NCBI GenBank assembly: GCA_965240325.2
Contig: OZ251240.1
Location: forward strand, 1,240,001 to 1,304,000
Reading direction: 5' to 3'
DNA: 64,000 nt
DNA from: Rebecca billardiae RCC1528
Taxonomy: Eukaryota; Protista; Haptophyta
Part shown: one piece after another, positions 1 through 9,843 of the stretch
How the letters are laid out: each line of letters begins with the position of its first letter
How positions within the stretch are numbered: position 1 is the first letter of the stretch
Position numbers and translations under genes: made by a program
Notes under the pieces: generated by a model
Database searches by the model: none
What the model was told of the DNA's origin: nothing
The model's input: only the letters and a program-made list of their open reading frames with translations

Positions 1-1511
1 CTGCCACGGCTGTTCAGCAAAGAGCGGGGTCCCGCCGCTCCCGCCGCTCGCTCAGCCAGCGTGCATCCACCATCGCGCGTGCGCACCGCCGCGCATGCCC
101 CTGTGCAGCCGCCGCCGCTGCGCACACCTTGTCGATCCAGAGATACGGCTGCCGGCCCTGCGTGCTCGCAAAGCGCTCGCACCACGCCTGCAGCTCTGTC
201 CACTTCTGCTGCGGGTCGTCGTGCCAGCTGCACGGCAGCACGCCACACGTCACACACGCGGGTTGGGCGGGCGCGGAGACGGGCGCATGCACGCGCGCGC
301 GCGCGTCGGGCCGCACGATGGATGAGGGCGCTGCTGCGGCGCCGCGGCGCCTCGGCCCCGCGCTCCGCAAGGCGCGGCGCAGCGGAGGGGTCGGCCGTCC
401 GGCGCGCGCGCGTCGCGCAGCACCTGTGCGAGACGAATGCATCGACCATCTCGAGGTGCGCCGGCACCGAGCGCTCGTACCACTCGTTGCCCGCTGCGTT
501 CGTCGCGAACACCTCGCGCGCGAGGCTGCTTGCAAGGATCGCGCGCATCCGCTGCCGCCCCGATCGGATCGCTTCCTCGGGCGCCATGTCCTCCGCGAGC
601 AGGGAGGCGATGCTCGCCGCGGTGCGCACGTTCTCGCCGCCCGCGGCGAGCATCGCCTGCACGCGCTGCAGCACGCCGGGGATCCAGAAGAACCCCGCGA
701 GCGGCGCCGACACCAGCAAAATGCCCACCTCGCCCATGAGCCGCTCCGAGCGCGTATATGCGGGTACAAAGTGAAGGCCTGCGGCGAGCGCGTACGCGGC
801 GCCGCAGCCGGTGATGACGTAGAACGCGCCGAAGACCTTCCAGAGGCGTTGGAGCATCCAGCGCGACGTGACGGCGTCGAACGCGGGTGGCGCGCTCACC
901 CTGCTCTCGGGCGGCATGTCGCTCAAATCGCCGACCGAGGCCGTGGCCCACCTGCTGCGCAGCCGCGACGGCGCGCGGTACCAGCGCGCGAGCCCGGCGA
1001 TGTAGTAGAGGACGAACATCAGGTGGAAGGCGCCGTGCCACGCGACGCGCGCGAACGCGTCGTGCGCGTCGTAAAGCACGCGGCAGTCCGCCACGCCGAG
1101 CACGCGCGTCGCGCCGGGCAGCGCCTGCAGCGCGAGGAACACAGTCGCAAGCAGGACGTTGCATGCAAGCATCAGGTACGTGGCGCCGAGGACGAGGCGC
1201 CGGTCGACCGGGAGGACGGGGAGGACGACCAGCCAGCTCGTGCTCATGCCCAGCACGAAGCCCGCGTAAATCAGCAAAGTCCACTCGCCCTGGTCGAGCA
1301 TGATGAAGGTGAGCCCGCCGAGCGAGCCGAGCACGCCGCCGACCAGCGGCGGCACCGTGAGCTTGCGCCGTCGTGCGCGGCTCGTGGCGCGCGAGTGCTC
1401 GAGCTGGGAGCGAATGCGGTCGACGCGCGTGCTGTGGGCCGCATCGTCGCCCGCGCCGTCCGCGAGCTCCTCGTCGAACGGCACGACCGTGGCGGCCGTC
1501 GACGCCCGCAT
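1..1511 (-). CDS. Multi-pass membrane protein with C-terminal TIR-like domain; spliced, runs off the window start
   Basis: ATG at 1511 opens MRASTAATVVPFDEE... with several hydrophobic helices. GT-AG intron 423-228 joins ...VDAFVSH|SWHDDPQQKWTELQAWCERF...PYLWIDK, and another GT donor follows at 127. DAFVSHSW...LWIDK resembles the first strands of TIR/HET-like folds. Confidence 0.7.
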   Translation of the reverse strand, partial: MRASTAATVVPFDEELADGAGDDAAHSTRVDRIRSQLEHSRATSRARRRKLTVPPLVGGVLGSLGGLTFIMLDQGEWTLLIYAGFVLGMSTSWLVVLPVLPVDRRLVLGATYLMLACNVLLATVFLALQALPGATRVLGVADCRVLYDAHDAFARVAWHGAFHLMFVLYYIAGLARWYRAPSRLRSRWATASVGDLSDMPPESRVSAPPAFDAVTSRWMLQRLWKVFGAFYVITGCGAAYALAAGLHFVPAYTRSERLMGEVGILLVSAPLAGFFWIPGVLQRVQAMLAAGGENVRTAASIASLLAEDMAPEEAIRSGRQRMRAILASSLAREVFATNAAGNEWYERSVPAHLEMVDAFVSHRCCATRARRTADPSAAPRLAERGAEAPRRRSSALIHRAARRARARACARLRARPTRVCDVWRAAVQLARRPAAEVDRAAGVVRALCEHAGPAAVSLDRQGVRSGGGCTGACAAVRTRDGGCTLAERAAGAAGPRSLLNSRG

Positions 1512-1854
1512 CTCTCGGGTCGCGGGGCCTTCCCCACCTGCGCAACTCCCGCACGGTCAACTTGGTTTGTGTGGTGCCGAGATGGTCGTAAACCACATGT
1601 CAAACGCCTTTAGCATTGGAGGTTGCGCTACTTGATGACTACTCAAAAGAGGTTCGATCGACGTTCGACGAAGCGTCCCGGGGATGATTATATCCTCGTC
1701 CGCCGCTCGTCAGACGCTACAGCGCTGCTCATTCGCTGACACCGCCCAGTATCCGCTCCGCTCGGCAATTCACTCGGCGTAAACCGTGCCGACCCGCACT
1801 GGTCATGAACTCCGAACATCACGCTCGCAAGGGCCGTGATCACGCGCCAAATAA

Positions 1855-2018
1855 TCCACCCGTCCCAGAAAGCCTCTGAGCCCGTCTTCGGCTCAGCGGG
1901 CTCAAAAACTTCGCAGCGAGGTTTTTGAGCTCAGTGACTATGAAATGGACTGGCAACGAATAGCTGCGGGTATTTTTCAATACCAGGGGCCTTGATGTAG
2001 GGGGCTGGGACGGGTGGA
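1855..2018. repeat. Small inverted-repeat structure (possible MITE remnant)
   Basis: TCCACCCGTCCCAG (1855-1868) is the reverse complement of 2005-2018. There is an internal hairpin GCTCAAAAAC...GTTTTTGAGC. No TSD seen. Confidence 0.4.
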
Positions 2019-2112
2019 GGTCTTGCATATCAGGTTCGGAGAATCCCCACTGGAGTTTACCGGCTTCGAAGCTCCGGGACGTTGTATTTATTGCACGCTT
2101 GGCAGTTGGCAC

Positions 2113-4765
2113 CCGGGGAACTTACAGTCAGACGCTCTGAATCGGCCCCCTCGCTCAGAGCGCTCTGAGCGAGGGGCCGATTCAGAGGGTTTTGACTTTT
2201 CCGCCCGCCCCACTGGCGAGCGCGGTGCGGGACGCACATCGCACTGGGGCGGTGCTCAGCACTGCACTCACGGCGCGCCGCGATGTGTTCGGGCGGTGGA
2301 CGGGGCTGAATCGGCCGAGAGTGACGGTGCGATGGGCCGTGGTGACTCTGCCATCACCCAGTGATCTCGTGCGGTGCCAGCTCGCCCTTCGCTTCGTCGC
2401 CACTCGCACTCGCACCAGTCGCGTGCGCCCATGGCTTGCCTTTCGCGCGCCGTGTTCCCGCGCAGTGTGTGCTTGGCAGCAGGGTGCTGGTGGCCGGTGG
2501 TTGCCGGCGCGGAGGAACGAAATGTTCGCAGCTACGCTACATCCCAGACGCCATGTGTCCGTCCTCGTCGAGCGATGGACAGACACGCGTGTCGCGCATG
2601 CGCTCGCAGAAGCAGGCTGCACAGCGGCGCGCGGGCCTGGCTGCACGCGCAGGACAAGCTGCACCACACAGCTGCCCCCGCCATGAGCCCCAGCTGCGTA
2701 CGCACACCTCTTCCGTGTTGTCTGATCCGCCAGGCCGACACGGTGCGGAGACTGCGTGCGTGAGACACCAACAGTCAGCGGCCACAGCGCACACGGTTGC
2801 GTGCGGCAGCAATCTGGCTTACAGCTTTCTCTCGGAAGCGATGGCCACGTCGACCGGCTGGCAACGTCGGTGCGCTAAGCGATGGCGCGACATCGCTGCA
2901 ACCTGCCGTTGGGGACCCCTCGCGCAAGAAAGCCCTCGTTCCTCGTCGGAAGGGCGGGCGCGACCGCGCCACGCGTCCCTCGCGCTGCTCGCATTGCTCA
3001 CGGCCACGCTTGCGCTCACGCTCGCGACATCGGCCGCGCCACCGCCCGTGGTAGTGAGCTCGGTCACCACCGCCGTGGTGCTTTCGGGTGCTTTACGTTT
3101 GCCCTGGCCTACCGTGCGCCGGCAGCCGCCAGGCGAGTGCATTGGCCTCCGGCCGGCAGGGCGGCCGTTCTCACTCTGCGAGTGCGCGCGCTGGGGCGAA
3201 CTGCTTCGGCACGCATGCCCGGCGTCCTGATTCAGACGGCAAGTGCATCTGCATCCGCCCGACACGCCGCCCACTGAGCGCCAGGCGCCGCACCGATGGT
3301 GCTATTGCTGCAGCTGAGCGGACCTGGTGCCGAGCGTCTGACGCTGTGCATGTTGCGAAACCCACCGCCATTGCCGCACCCGTCCGCATGCGCATGGGTC
3401 AGCGCTGCTTGAGGTGCTGCCGTCAGGCGCGCGCGGCGAGCGGCCTCCACCATCGGCACCGCCGCCGAAGTGCCAGACGCGGAAGGGGCTGTCTCGCCCA
3501 CGTACAGCGCTAAGCTGCGCGCCGGGCGGGACACGCCCACCACGCCCGGCGGGTACGAACTCCTCCTAAGGCTCCGAGCGCCGACGCTGTACGCGGTGAC
3601 GAGTTGAGCCCTGCTGCACAGCTTCTGCAAACGCCAAGTCTCGGACTCTGCTCAAGCTGGATTTTTTTTATTTAAAATCCCTGCAAGGCGGAATGTAAAA
3701 AGAGGCTGCATAAAATCCCAATCCGCAAGTCATCTCCCCTCATAACGCTGGTACGGCTGCGTTGAAGCTGCCAACGCGAGCCACAACAGTTGCTGTCCCA
3801 GCCGCAGCATCTGCAGCAGCTACTTGGAGCAGGACTCCCGCGACAGCGACCCCCCAAAGCACCTTCCCGCGCGGCTGCTCGGACGACAGTGTCCTTAAAC
3901 TGCCGCCGCTCAGCCGATCGTCGAGCCACAGCTGCCGGAGGTGCAAGGGCTGCGAGTGCTGTTGGCGATATGTCAGCAAGTGCGGGTGTGCCAGCGGCAG
4001 CGATGGGGCGACTGCCACCGGCGCTGTTGCTGTTTCATCAATCGAAGCAACGGCTGCATCAGCTGCTGCGCGCCGCCGCATGTGCCAGTGACCTGTGTGC
4101 GCCGTGGCCGCTGACTGTCGGTGTCTCACGCAGTCTCCGCGCGGTGTCGGCCTGGCGGATCAGACAACACGGAAGAGGTGTGCGTGCGCAGCTGGGGCTC
4201 ATGGCGGGGGCAGCTGTGTGGTGCAGCTTGTCCTGCGCGTGCAGCCAGGCCCGCGCGCCGCTGTGCAGCCTGCTTCCGCGAGCGCATGCGCGACACGCGT
4301 GTCTGTCCATCGCTCGACGAGGACGGACACATGGCGTCTGGGATGTAGCGTAGCTGCGAACATTTCGTTCCTCCGCGCCGGCAACCACCGGCCACCAGCA
4401 CCCTGCTGCCAAGCACACACTGCGCGGGAACACGGCGCGCGAAAGGCAAGCCATGGGCGCACGCGACTGGTGCGAGTGCGAGTGGCGACGAAGCGAAGGG
4501 CGAGCTGGCACCGCACGAGATCACTGGGTGATGGCAGAGTCACCACGGCCCATCGCACCGTCACTCTCGGCCGATTCAGCCCCGTCCACCGCCCGAACAC
4601 ATCGCGGCGCGCCGTGAGTGCAGTGCTGAGCACCGCCCCAGTGCGATGTGCGTCCCGCACCGCGCTCGCCAGTGGGGCGGGCGGAAAACCCTCTGAATCG
4701 GCCCCTCGCTCAGAGCGCTCTGAGCGAGGGGGCCGATTCAGAGCGTCTGACTGTAAGTTCCCCGG
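2113..4765. mobile_element. Non-autonomous foldback DNA transposon, ~680-bp terminal inverted repeats
   Basis: Arms 2113-2794 and 4095-4765 are near-perfect reverse complements. The flanking direct repeat is TTGGCAC (7 bp), or GTTGGCACC (9 bp) if the ends are 2114/4764. A subterminal palindrome CTCTGAATCGGCCCC...GGGGCCGATTCAGAG is present. No transposase ORF inside. Confidence 0.88.
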
Positions 4766-4821
4766 TTGGCACCGCCCCCATCGTGCGTGCCGGGAGCAGT
4801 GGCGCCTTTTGCAGCGCAAGC

Positions 4822-6597
4822 ATGAGCGCCGTGCTCCGCGCGCGGGCGGGCCGCGCCCCCCGCGCGCTGCTCGGGCCCCGGTGGGGCGCGCGCGCGTCGG
4901 CCTCGTCCTCGGCCGACGCGCCGTCGGCCTCGTCCGCGCCCGCGACGCCGACCAAGACGAGCAGCTTGCCACCACCGCCGGGCGCCAGCTCGTGGCGCGA
5001 GTACGCGGACCGCGCGCAGGACCGGCCGCAGCGCCGGCCGCCGCGGCTGCGCGAGCTCGACCCGACGGGGTACTACGGCGGGTACTACCAGACGATCAGC
5101 GCCACGTCGAGCGGCGCCGAGCCCAACGCCGACGCCGCCGACGCCGCCGACGCGCGCGGCGCACGCGCGCCCGCGCAGACGTGGGCTGAGAAGTTTGCCG
5201 CTCCCGCCGAGCCGCCGCCGCCGCCGCCGCCGCGCGAGTCGGAGGGCTGCCGCTTCGTGCGCTCGTTCGCGATGCGGCCGAAGGACGTGGTCGAGCGTCT
5301 GAACGAGTACGTGATCGGCCAGGACGCCGCGAAGCGCACCCTCGCCGTCGCCGTCTGCGACCACTTCAACCACGCGCGCCGATGCCTGGAGGACCCGTCG
5401 GCAGAATCGGCCGAGCGCGCCAAGCCCAACGTGCTGCTCGTCGGCCCGACGGGCTCGGGGAAGACGTTCCTCGTGCGCACGCTCGCGCGGCTGGTCGACG
5501 CGCCCTTCGTCCAGGCCGACGCCACCAAGTTCTCCGCCACCGGCTTCGTCGGCCGCGACACGGACGAACTTGTGCACAGCTTGGTCGACGCGGCGGGTGG
5601 CGACCTGCGCGCGGCCGCGCACGGCATCGTGTTCGTGGACGAGGTGGACAAGCTGTGCGCGAGGCACGGGCTGGCGGGGATGCTCGGCGGGGGCGGGGGC
5701 GGGGTCAACACGCGCGACGTGCAGACCTCGCTCCTCAAGCTGATGGAGGACGCCGACGTGCCGCTCGACGCGCGCGCGCCGGGCGCGCCGCCCGCGGCGC
5801 GCGCCGGCCGCGCGGGCGCGGACGGCGCCGCCGAGGGCGGCCGGCGGCTGAGCACGCGCCACGTGCTGTGGGTGTTCAGCGGCGCGTTCAACGAGATGCA
5901 CGCGCGGCTCGCCGCCGACGAGGCGCGCGAGGACGCCGCCGAGGACGCCGCCGCCGCCGCCGCCACCGCCGCCGAGGATGACCACGGCGGCGGCACGGCC
6001 GCTCCGCCGCCGCCCGCAGACGCCGCGCCGGCGCCGCGCCGCGCGCCGCCGAGCGGCGGCGCGCAGCGCGAGGCGACGCGTCGGCTGCGCGCGCGCGCGC
6101 GCGAGAGCGTGGGCACCGCGCACCTCGTCGACGCCGGCCTCGAGCCCGAGTTCATCGGCCGGCTCCCCGTCCGGGTGCGCTGCACCGGACTCTCGGAGGA
6201 CGACTATGTGAATATTCTGCTTCACTCGAAAGCATCGGCGCTCGCGCAGCTCGCCGACTCCTTCAAGGGGTACGGGATCGAGCTGACGATCTCGCAGAGC
6301 GCGGTGCGGCAGCTCGCGCGGCTCGCGATGGCGCAGGGCACGGGCGCGCGCGGGCTCGTCACCGCCGTCGAGGCCACCTTCCGCGACCTCAAGTACGAGC
6401 TGCCGTCGGCGGGCGTTACCCACTTTTTCGTCGACGAGGAGATGGTGGCCGACCCGCACGCGGCGCTCGAGGCGCTGCTGGTGGCGGAGGCGGCGCAGGG
6501 GGCGGGCGGCGCGGGGGTGGCGGGGAGGGGCGGTGGCGGCGGGGAGGACGGCGCGGGGCCGAGCGGCGGCGATGGCCCGGAGAGAAGGGGGCGGTGA
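4822..6597 (+). CDS. clpX: ClpX-like AAA+ ATPase/unfoldase, probably organelle-targeted
   Basis: LNEYVIGQDAAKRTLAVAV, Walker A GPTGSGKT, DATKFSATGFVG, Walker B IVFVDEVDK, VQTSLLKLME, PEFIGRLP, GARGL. Arg/Ala-rich presequence from ATG 4822; the track start at 4648 lies inside the transposon arm. Confidence 0.88.
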   Translation: MSAVLRARAGRAPRALLGPRWGARASASSSADAPSASSAPATPTKTSSLPPPPGASSWREYADRAQDRPQRRPPRLRELDPTGYYGGYYQTISATSSGAEPNADAADAADARGARAPAQTWAEKFAAPAEPPPPPPPRESEGCRFVRSFAMRPKDVVERLNEYVIGQDAAKRTLAVAVCDHFNHARRCLEDPSAESAERAKPNVLLVGPTGSGKTFLVRTLARLVDAPFVQADATKFSATGFVGRDTDELVHSLVDAAGGDLRAAAHGIVFVDEVDKLCARHGLAGMLGGGGGGVNTRDVQTSLLKLMEDADVPLDARAPGAPPAARAGRAGADGAAEGGRRLSTRHVLWVFSGAFNEMHARLAADEAREDAAEDAAAAAATAAEDDHGGGTAAPPPPADAAPAPRRAPPSGGAQREATRRLRARARESVGTAHLVDAGLEPEFIGRLPVRVRCTGLSEDDYVNILLHSKASALAQLADSFKGYGIELTISQSAVRQLARLAMAQGTGARGLVTAVEATFRDLKYELPSAGVTHFFVDEEMVADPHAALEALLVAEAAQGAGGAGVAGRGGGGGEDGAGPSGGDGPERRGR

Positions 6598-7003
6598 CAG
6601 CACGGCCATCAAGTCGCATCGGCGGCGCATTCTCCGCCGACCAGTCGCGTGACGCGGGCAGCGTCGGCCGTCGTGGCTCCCGCTGCTACGACAGACTTCC
6701 GCTGCTCTCTGCGCATCACACAGTACATACCGCTGGTAACGATACTCATACTACAGACTACCAGCAATTATAACTCATCTGCTAGTTATATCGGGCCGGG
6801 CACAGGCGTGACAGCCGGACAGCGGCGGCCGAGACGCGTCACCCGAGTGCCCGCCCGTGCCCGTGGGCGTGGGGCCCGCACTGGCCGACTGGGGGGCCGT
6901 GGCCGTGGGCCCCAGTCCCGTGGGCCCCGCCCTCACGGCCTCACCCTGCTGCCAGGCCTGGGGCTGGGCCACTGGCCTCGGGGACTCCCGTCCCATGACT
7001 ACG

Positions 7004-7843
7004 TTACCACAGTGGCACCGTGAACGGCTTGAGATGAATGCCACCGCCCGACGCTGGCGCGGTGATGACGACCGACGCGGTTTGCCCAGGCCTGATCATG
7101 CGCGTGTTATCGAGCACCAGCTCCCACATGGCGTTCCCGGGAGTCGCCCGACTCTGCTCAACGAACCGCTCGACGCCTTCGAGGCTCTCAGTGACGACCA
7201 TGCCCAGGAGCCACTCCTCGCGCTCATCCCAGCCGCGCACGAAATTTTCCTTCACGCACAGCCGGCGGCCGACGTCGAGGCTGGCGCACTTGAAGTTCAG
7301 CAGCCGGTACTCGCTCAGGCCGTTGGGGAACGGCATGGTCGCGAGTTCAGCGACAACCCGCTTGGCGTCGGGATCGTTGAGGAGCATCTTGGCGAACTTG
7401 TGGAAGACCGCTTCGGCCGCGCAGCTGACCTTGTGGATGGGCCAGTGGGCGGCCTGGCACTCAGCCCCGCAGTACTTGGTCCCACCGCAGGCCGCGCACT
7501 TTTTGAGCTGGCGCTGCGCCTCGCGCGCGCACGAGCGTCCGGTCCCGATGATGATGAGCGGACAGTTCGGATTGGCGCAGACCTCCATAGCGTAGTCGGT
7601 CTTGCCGTCGGCGTCGAACATGCGAGTGTTCGATATCACGAGAGAGTTGGTAGCCCTCTCCATCTCCTCGGTGAGGGCGACCCTGAGGTTTGCTGGCTTG
7701 ATCGCGAGCACCTCGCCATCAAGGTCGACCGCGCACCGCCCGCGCTCCTCATCGTGCGCCGTCACGAGCGCAGTCTTGCCGTTCAGCTCGGGACGGCTCG
7801 ATAGCCCATGGAGCCTGACGCGGTCCCCGACGAGGTGTGCCAT
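7004..7843 (-). CDS. MYND zinc-finger protein
   Basis: CAACGGTKYCGAECQAAHWPIHKVSC MYND motif. N-terminal GDRVRLHGLSSRPELNG...KPANL module of a type common in algal proteins. Confidence 0.8.
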   Translation of the reverse strand: MAHLVGDRVRLHGLSSRPELNGKTALVTAHDEERGRCAVDLDGEVLAIKPANLRVALTEEMERATNSLVISNTRMFDADGKTDYAMEVCANPNCPLIIIGTGRSCAREAQRQLKKCAACGGTKYCGAECQAAHWPIHKVSCAAEAVFHKFAKMLLNDPDAKRVVAELATMPFPNGLSEYRLLNFKCASLDVGRRLCVKENFVRGWDEREEWLLGMVVTESLEGVERFVEQSRATPGNAMWELVLDNTRMIRPGQTASVVITAPASGGGIHLKPFTVPLW

Positions 7844-7992
7844 AGCCGCCAGACGAGGCGTGAGTGCGCGCCCACCTGGTGAGCGGAAGAAGGGCGGCCG
7901 GGGCCGGAAGCCAGGACCGGGCGTCTGGACGCGCCCTCTTTTTTTGAGTCTTTTCCCTTTTCTTGAAAGAAAAGAAAAAGCGCAGCACGACG

Positions 7993-8980
7993 ATGACGGC
8001 CGCCAGCATCATTCTGATCGCCGCGTGCGTCACGAGCGGCGCGCTCGCGCCGGAGTGGGGCGCGGACTGGGTGAGCCTCGTGGGCGACCCTGGCATGCGC
8101 TCGCCCCATCCGCGCCTCATGCTCGAGGCGTGGTCGTTCTGCAACCGCGCCTGCGTCCCGGGCGAGCCGTCGTGCGCAATCGCTCCCCGGTACGCGGACT
8201 GCGCGCACCGGGACGGGCCTGGGCCGGGCGGGAACCGCGTGACGCGCGAGGCGAACGGCGCGGGCGCGCGCGCGCACGAGTCGGCTGACGAGGCCGCCGT
8301 GCGCAAGGAGGCCGAGCTCGCCGAGCGCTGCCGCGAGCCGCCGCTTCGGCCGGGCATGGCCGAATCGTTCTTCTGGACGGCCATGCTCAAATCGGGGAAT
8401 GCAATCGACGTGCCGCAGTGCGGGCTGGGCGGCGGGCAGTGCACGGCGTACTACGCGAATGGCACGGCGCCCCGCCCGCCCGTCGCCGAGGCCGACATCG
8501 TCGCCGCCGACGCCGCCGCGCGCCTCGAGCCCCGCGGCCGAGCGGGCACGGCTGCGGCCGTGGCGCGCCGCCTGAGCGTCGCCGACGACTCGCGCTCGGC
8601 GCCGCTTCCGTGCGCGCAGGTGCCGCGGCCGTGGTACGCGAACCGGCTGCCGGTGAACCAGCCGCGCGTCGAGCACGCCTGGTCCGCGCGCAGCCCGGCC
8701 GCGGGCGGCGGCTTTGCGGGCGCGCTGCGCGGCAGTTACGGAAACGGCTCGGCCTTTGCCGTCGAGTGGGCGGCGGAGGCGCGCGCGGCCGGCGGCGGCG
8801 GCGGCCGGGGGCGCGTGTACCGATGCACGCTGCGCACCTCGGCGAGGTACCCGTGGCTCATGCTCTACCTCGGCGCGGACGCGGCGCGCGGGCTCAAGGG
8901 CGGCGTCGCGTACGACGGTCGAGGCATGCTCTCGGTGCCGTCTCAGAGCGCGCTGCGCAGCGCGCTGGGCGGCGCGCTGG

Positions 8981-9011
<31 letters not shown>

Positions 9012-9792
9012 CAGCGGCGGCAGCGGAGCGGCGCGCGGCGCGCGGCGGCTCTCTTGGGTGCCTCTCGTCGTCTCGTTCTGGGTGCGTGTGCTGGAGCTCT
9101 CGCCGGCCGACGGCGCGTGCTTCTACCTGCTCAACCTGGGCGCTTGCTGGAAGCTGGACGGTGGCGCGTGCGACGGCGACACGCGCACCGACGTCACGCG
9201 TTACGCGCTTCTCGACCTCACCGGCCCGCAGCTGTGCGCGCCCGCCGCGCCGCACAACTGCCCGGCGGCGCACACGTTCGCCGACGGGACGGTCGCTCTT
9301 CGGAACGAGACGGGGCGCTTCCCGTACGCGGCGTATAAATACTACTGCTGGGGCCCGCACTGCGACCACTATTCAAACCCGCAGCTGCAGGAGATCGTCA
9401 AGCTCGCGCCGCACCCGGAGTGGGCGGCGCACGGCGTGCCCGCCGCCACGCCGCCTTCGGCCGCGGCCTGGCTCCTCGCGCGCCGCCGCGAGCTGTCCAT
9501 CGACGTGGGCGCGCTCGGCGCGCGGCTCGTCTTTGCAGGCACGCCGCCGCCTGCGGTGCGCTTCAGCACTATCAACCTCGGCGCGGAGGCCGGAATCCCA
9601 GGAGTCTCCTCCGCCTCCGCCACCGCGCGCGTCCGCTTCGAGCTCGGCGGGATGGATGTGCGCGCGCCCGCGGCGCTCGCGGCGGCGATGGCGGCCGAAG
9701 CGGCGCGGGGCGGCGCGACGCGCGGCTCGGAGGAGCGGGGTGCGCGCCCGGCGGCGGAGGGGGCGAGCACGGGAGTCTCGTCGGCGTCGCCT

Positions 9793-9843
<51 letters not shown>

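Noticed and set aside
129-1613. Long Arg/Ala/Pro-rich ORFs antisense or out of frame to real genes, throughout the window
   Set aside because: These are expected shadow ORFs in very GC-rich DNA and carry no motifs.
4648-4821. N-terminal ORF extensions at 4648, 20544, 21986 and 39759
   Set aside because: They start within transposon arms or spacer at non-ATG codons; downstream ATGs give sensible presequences.
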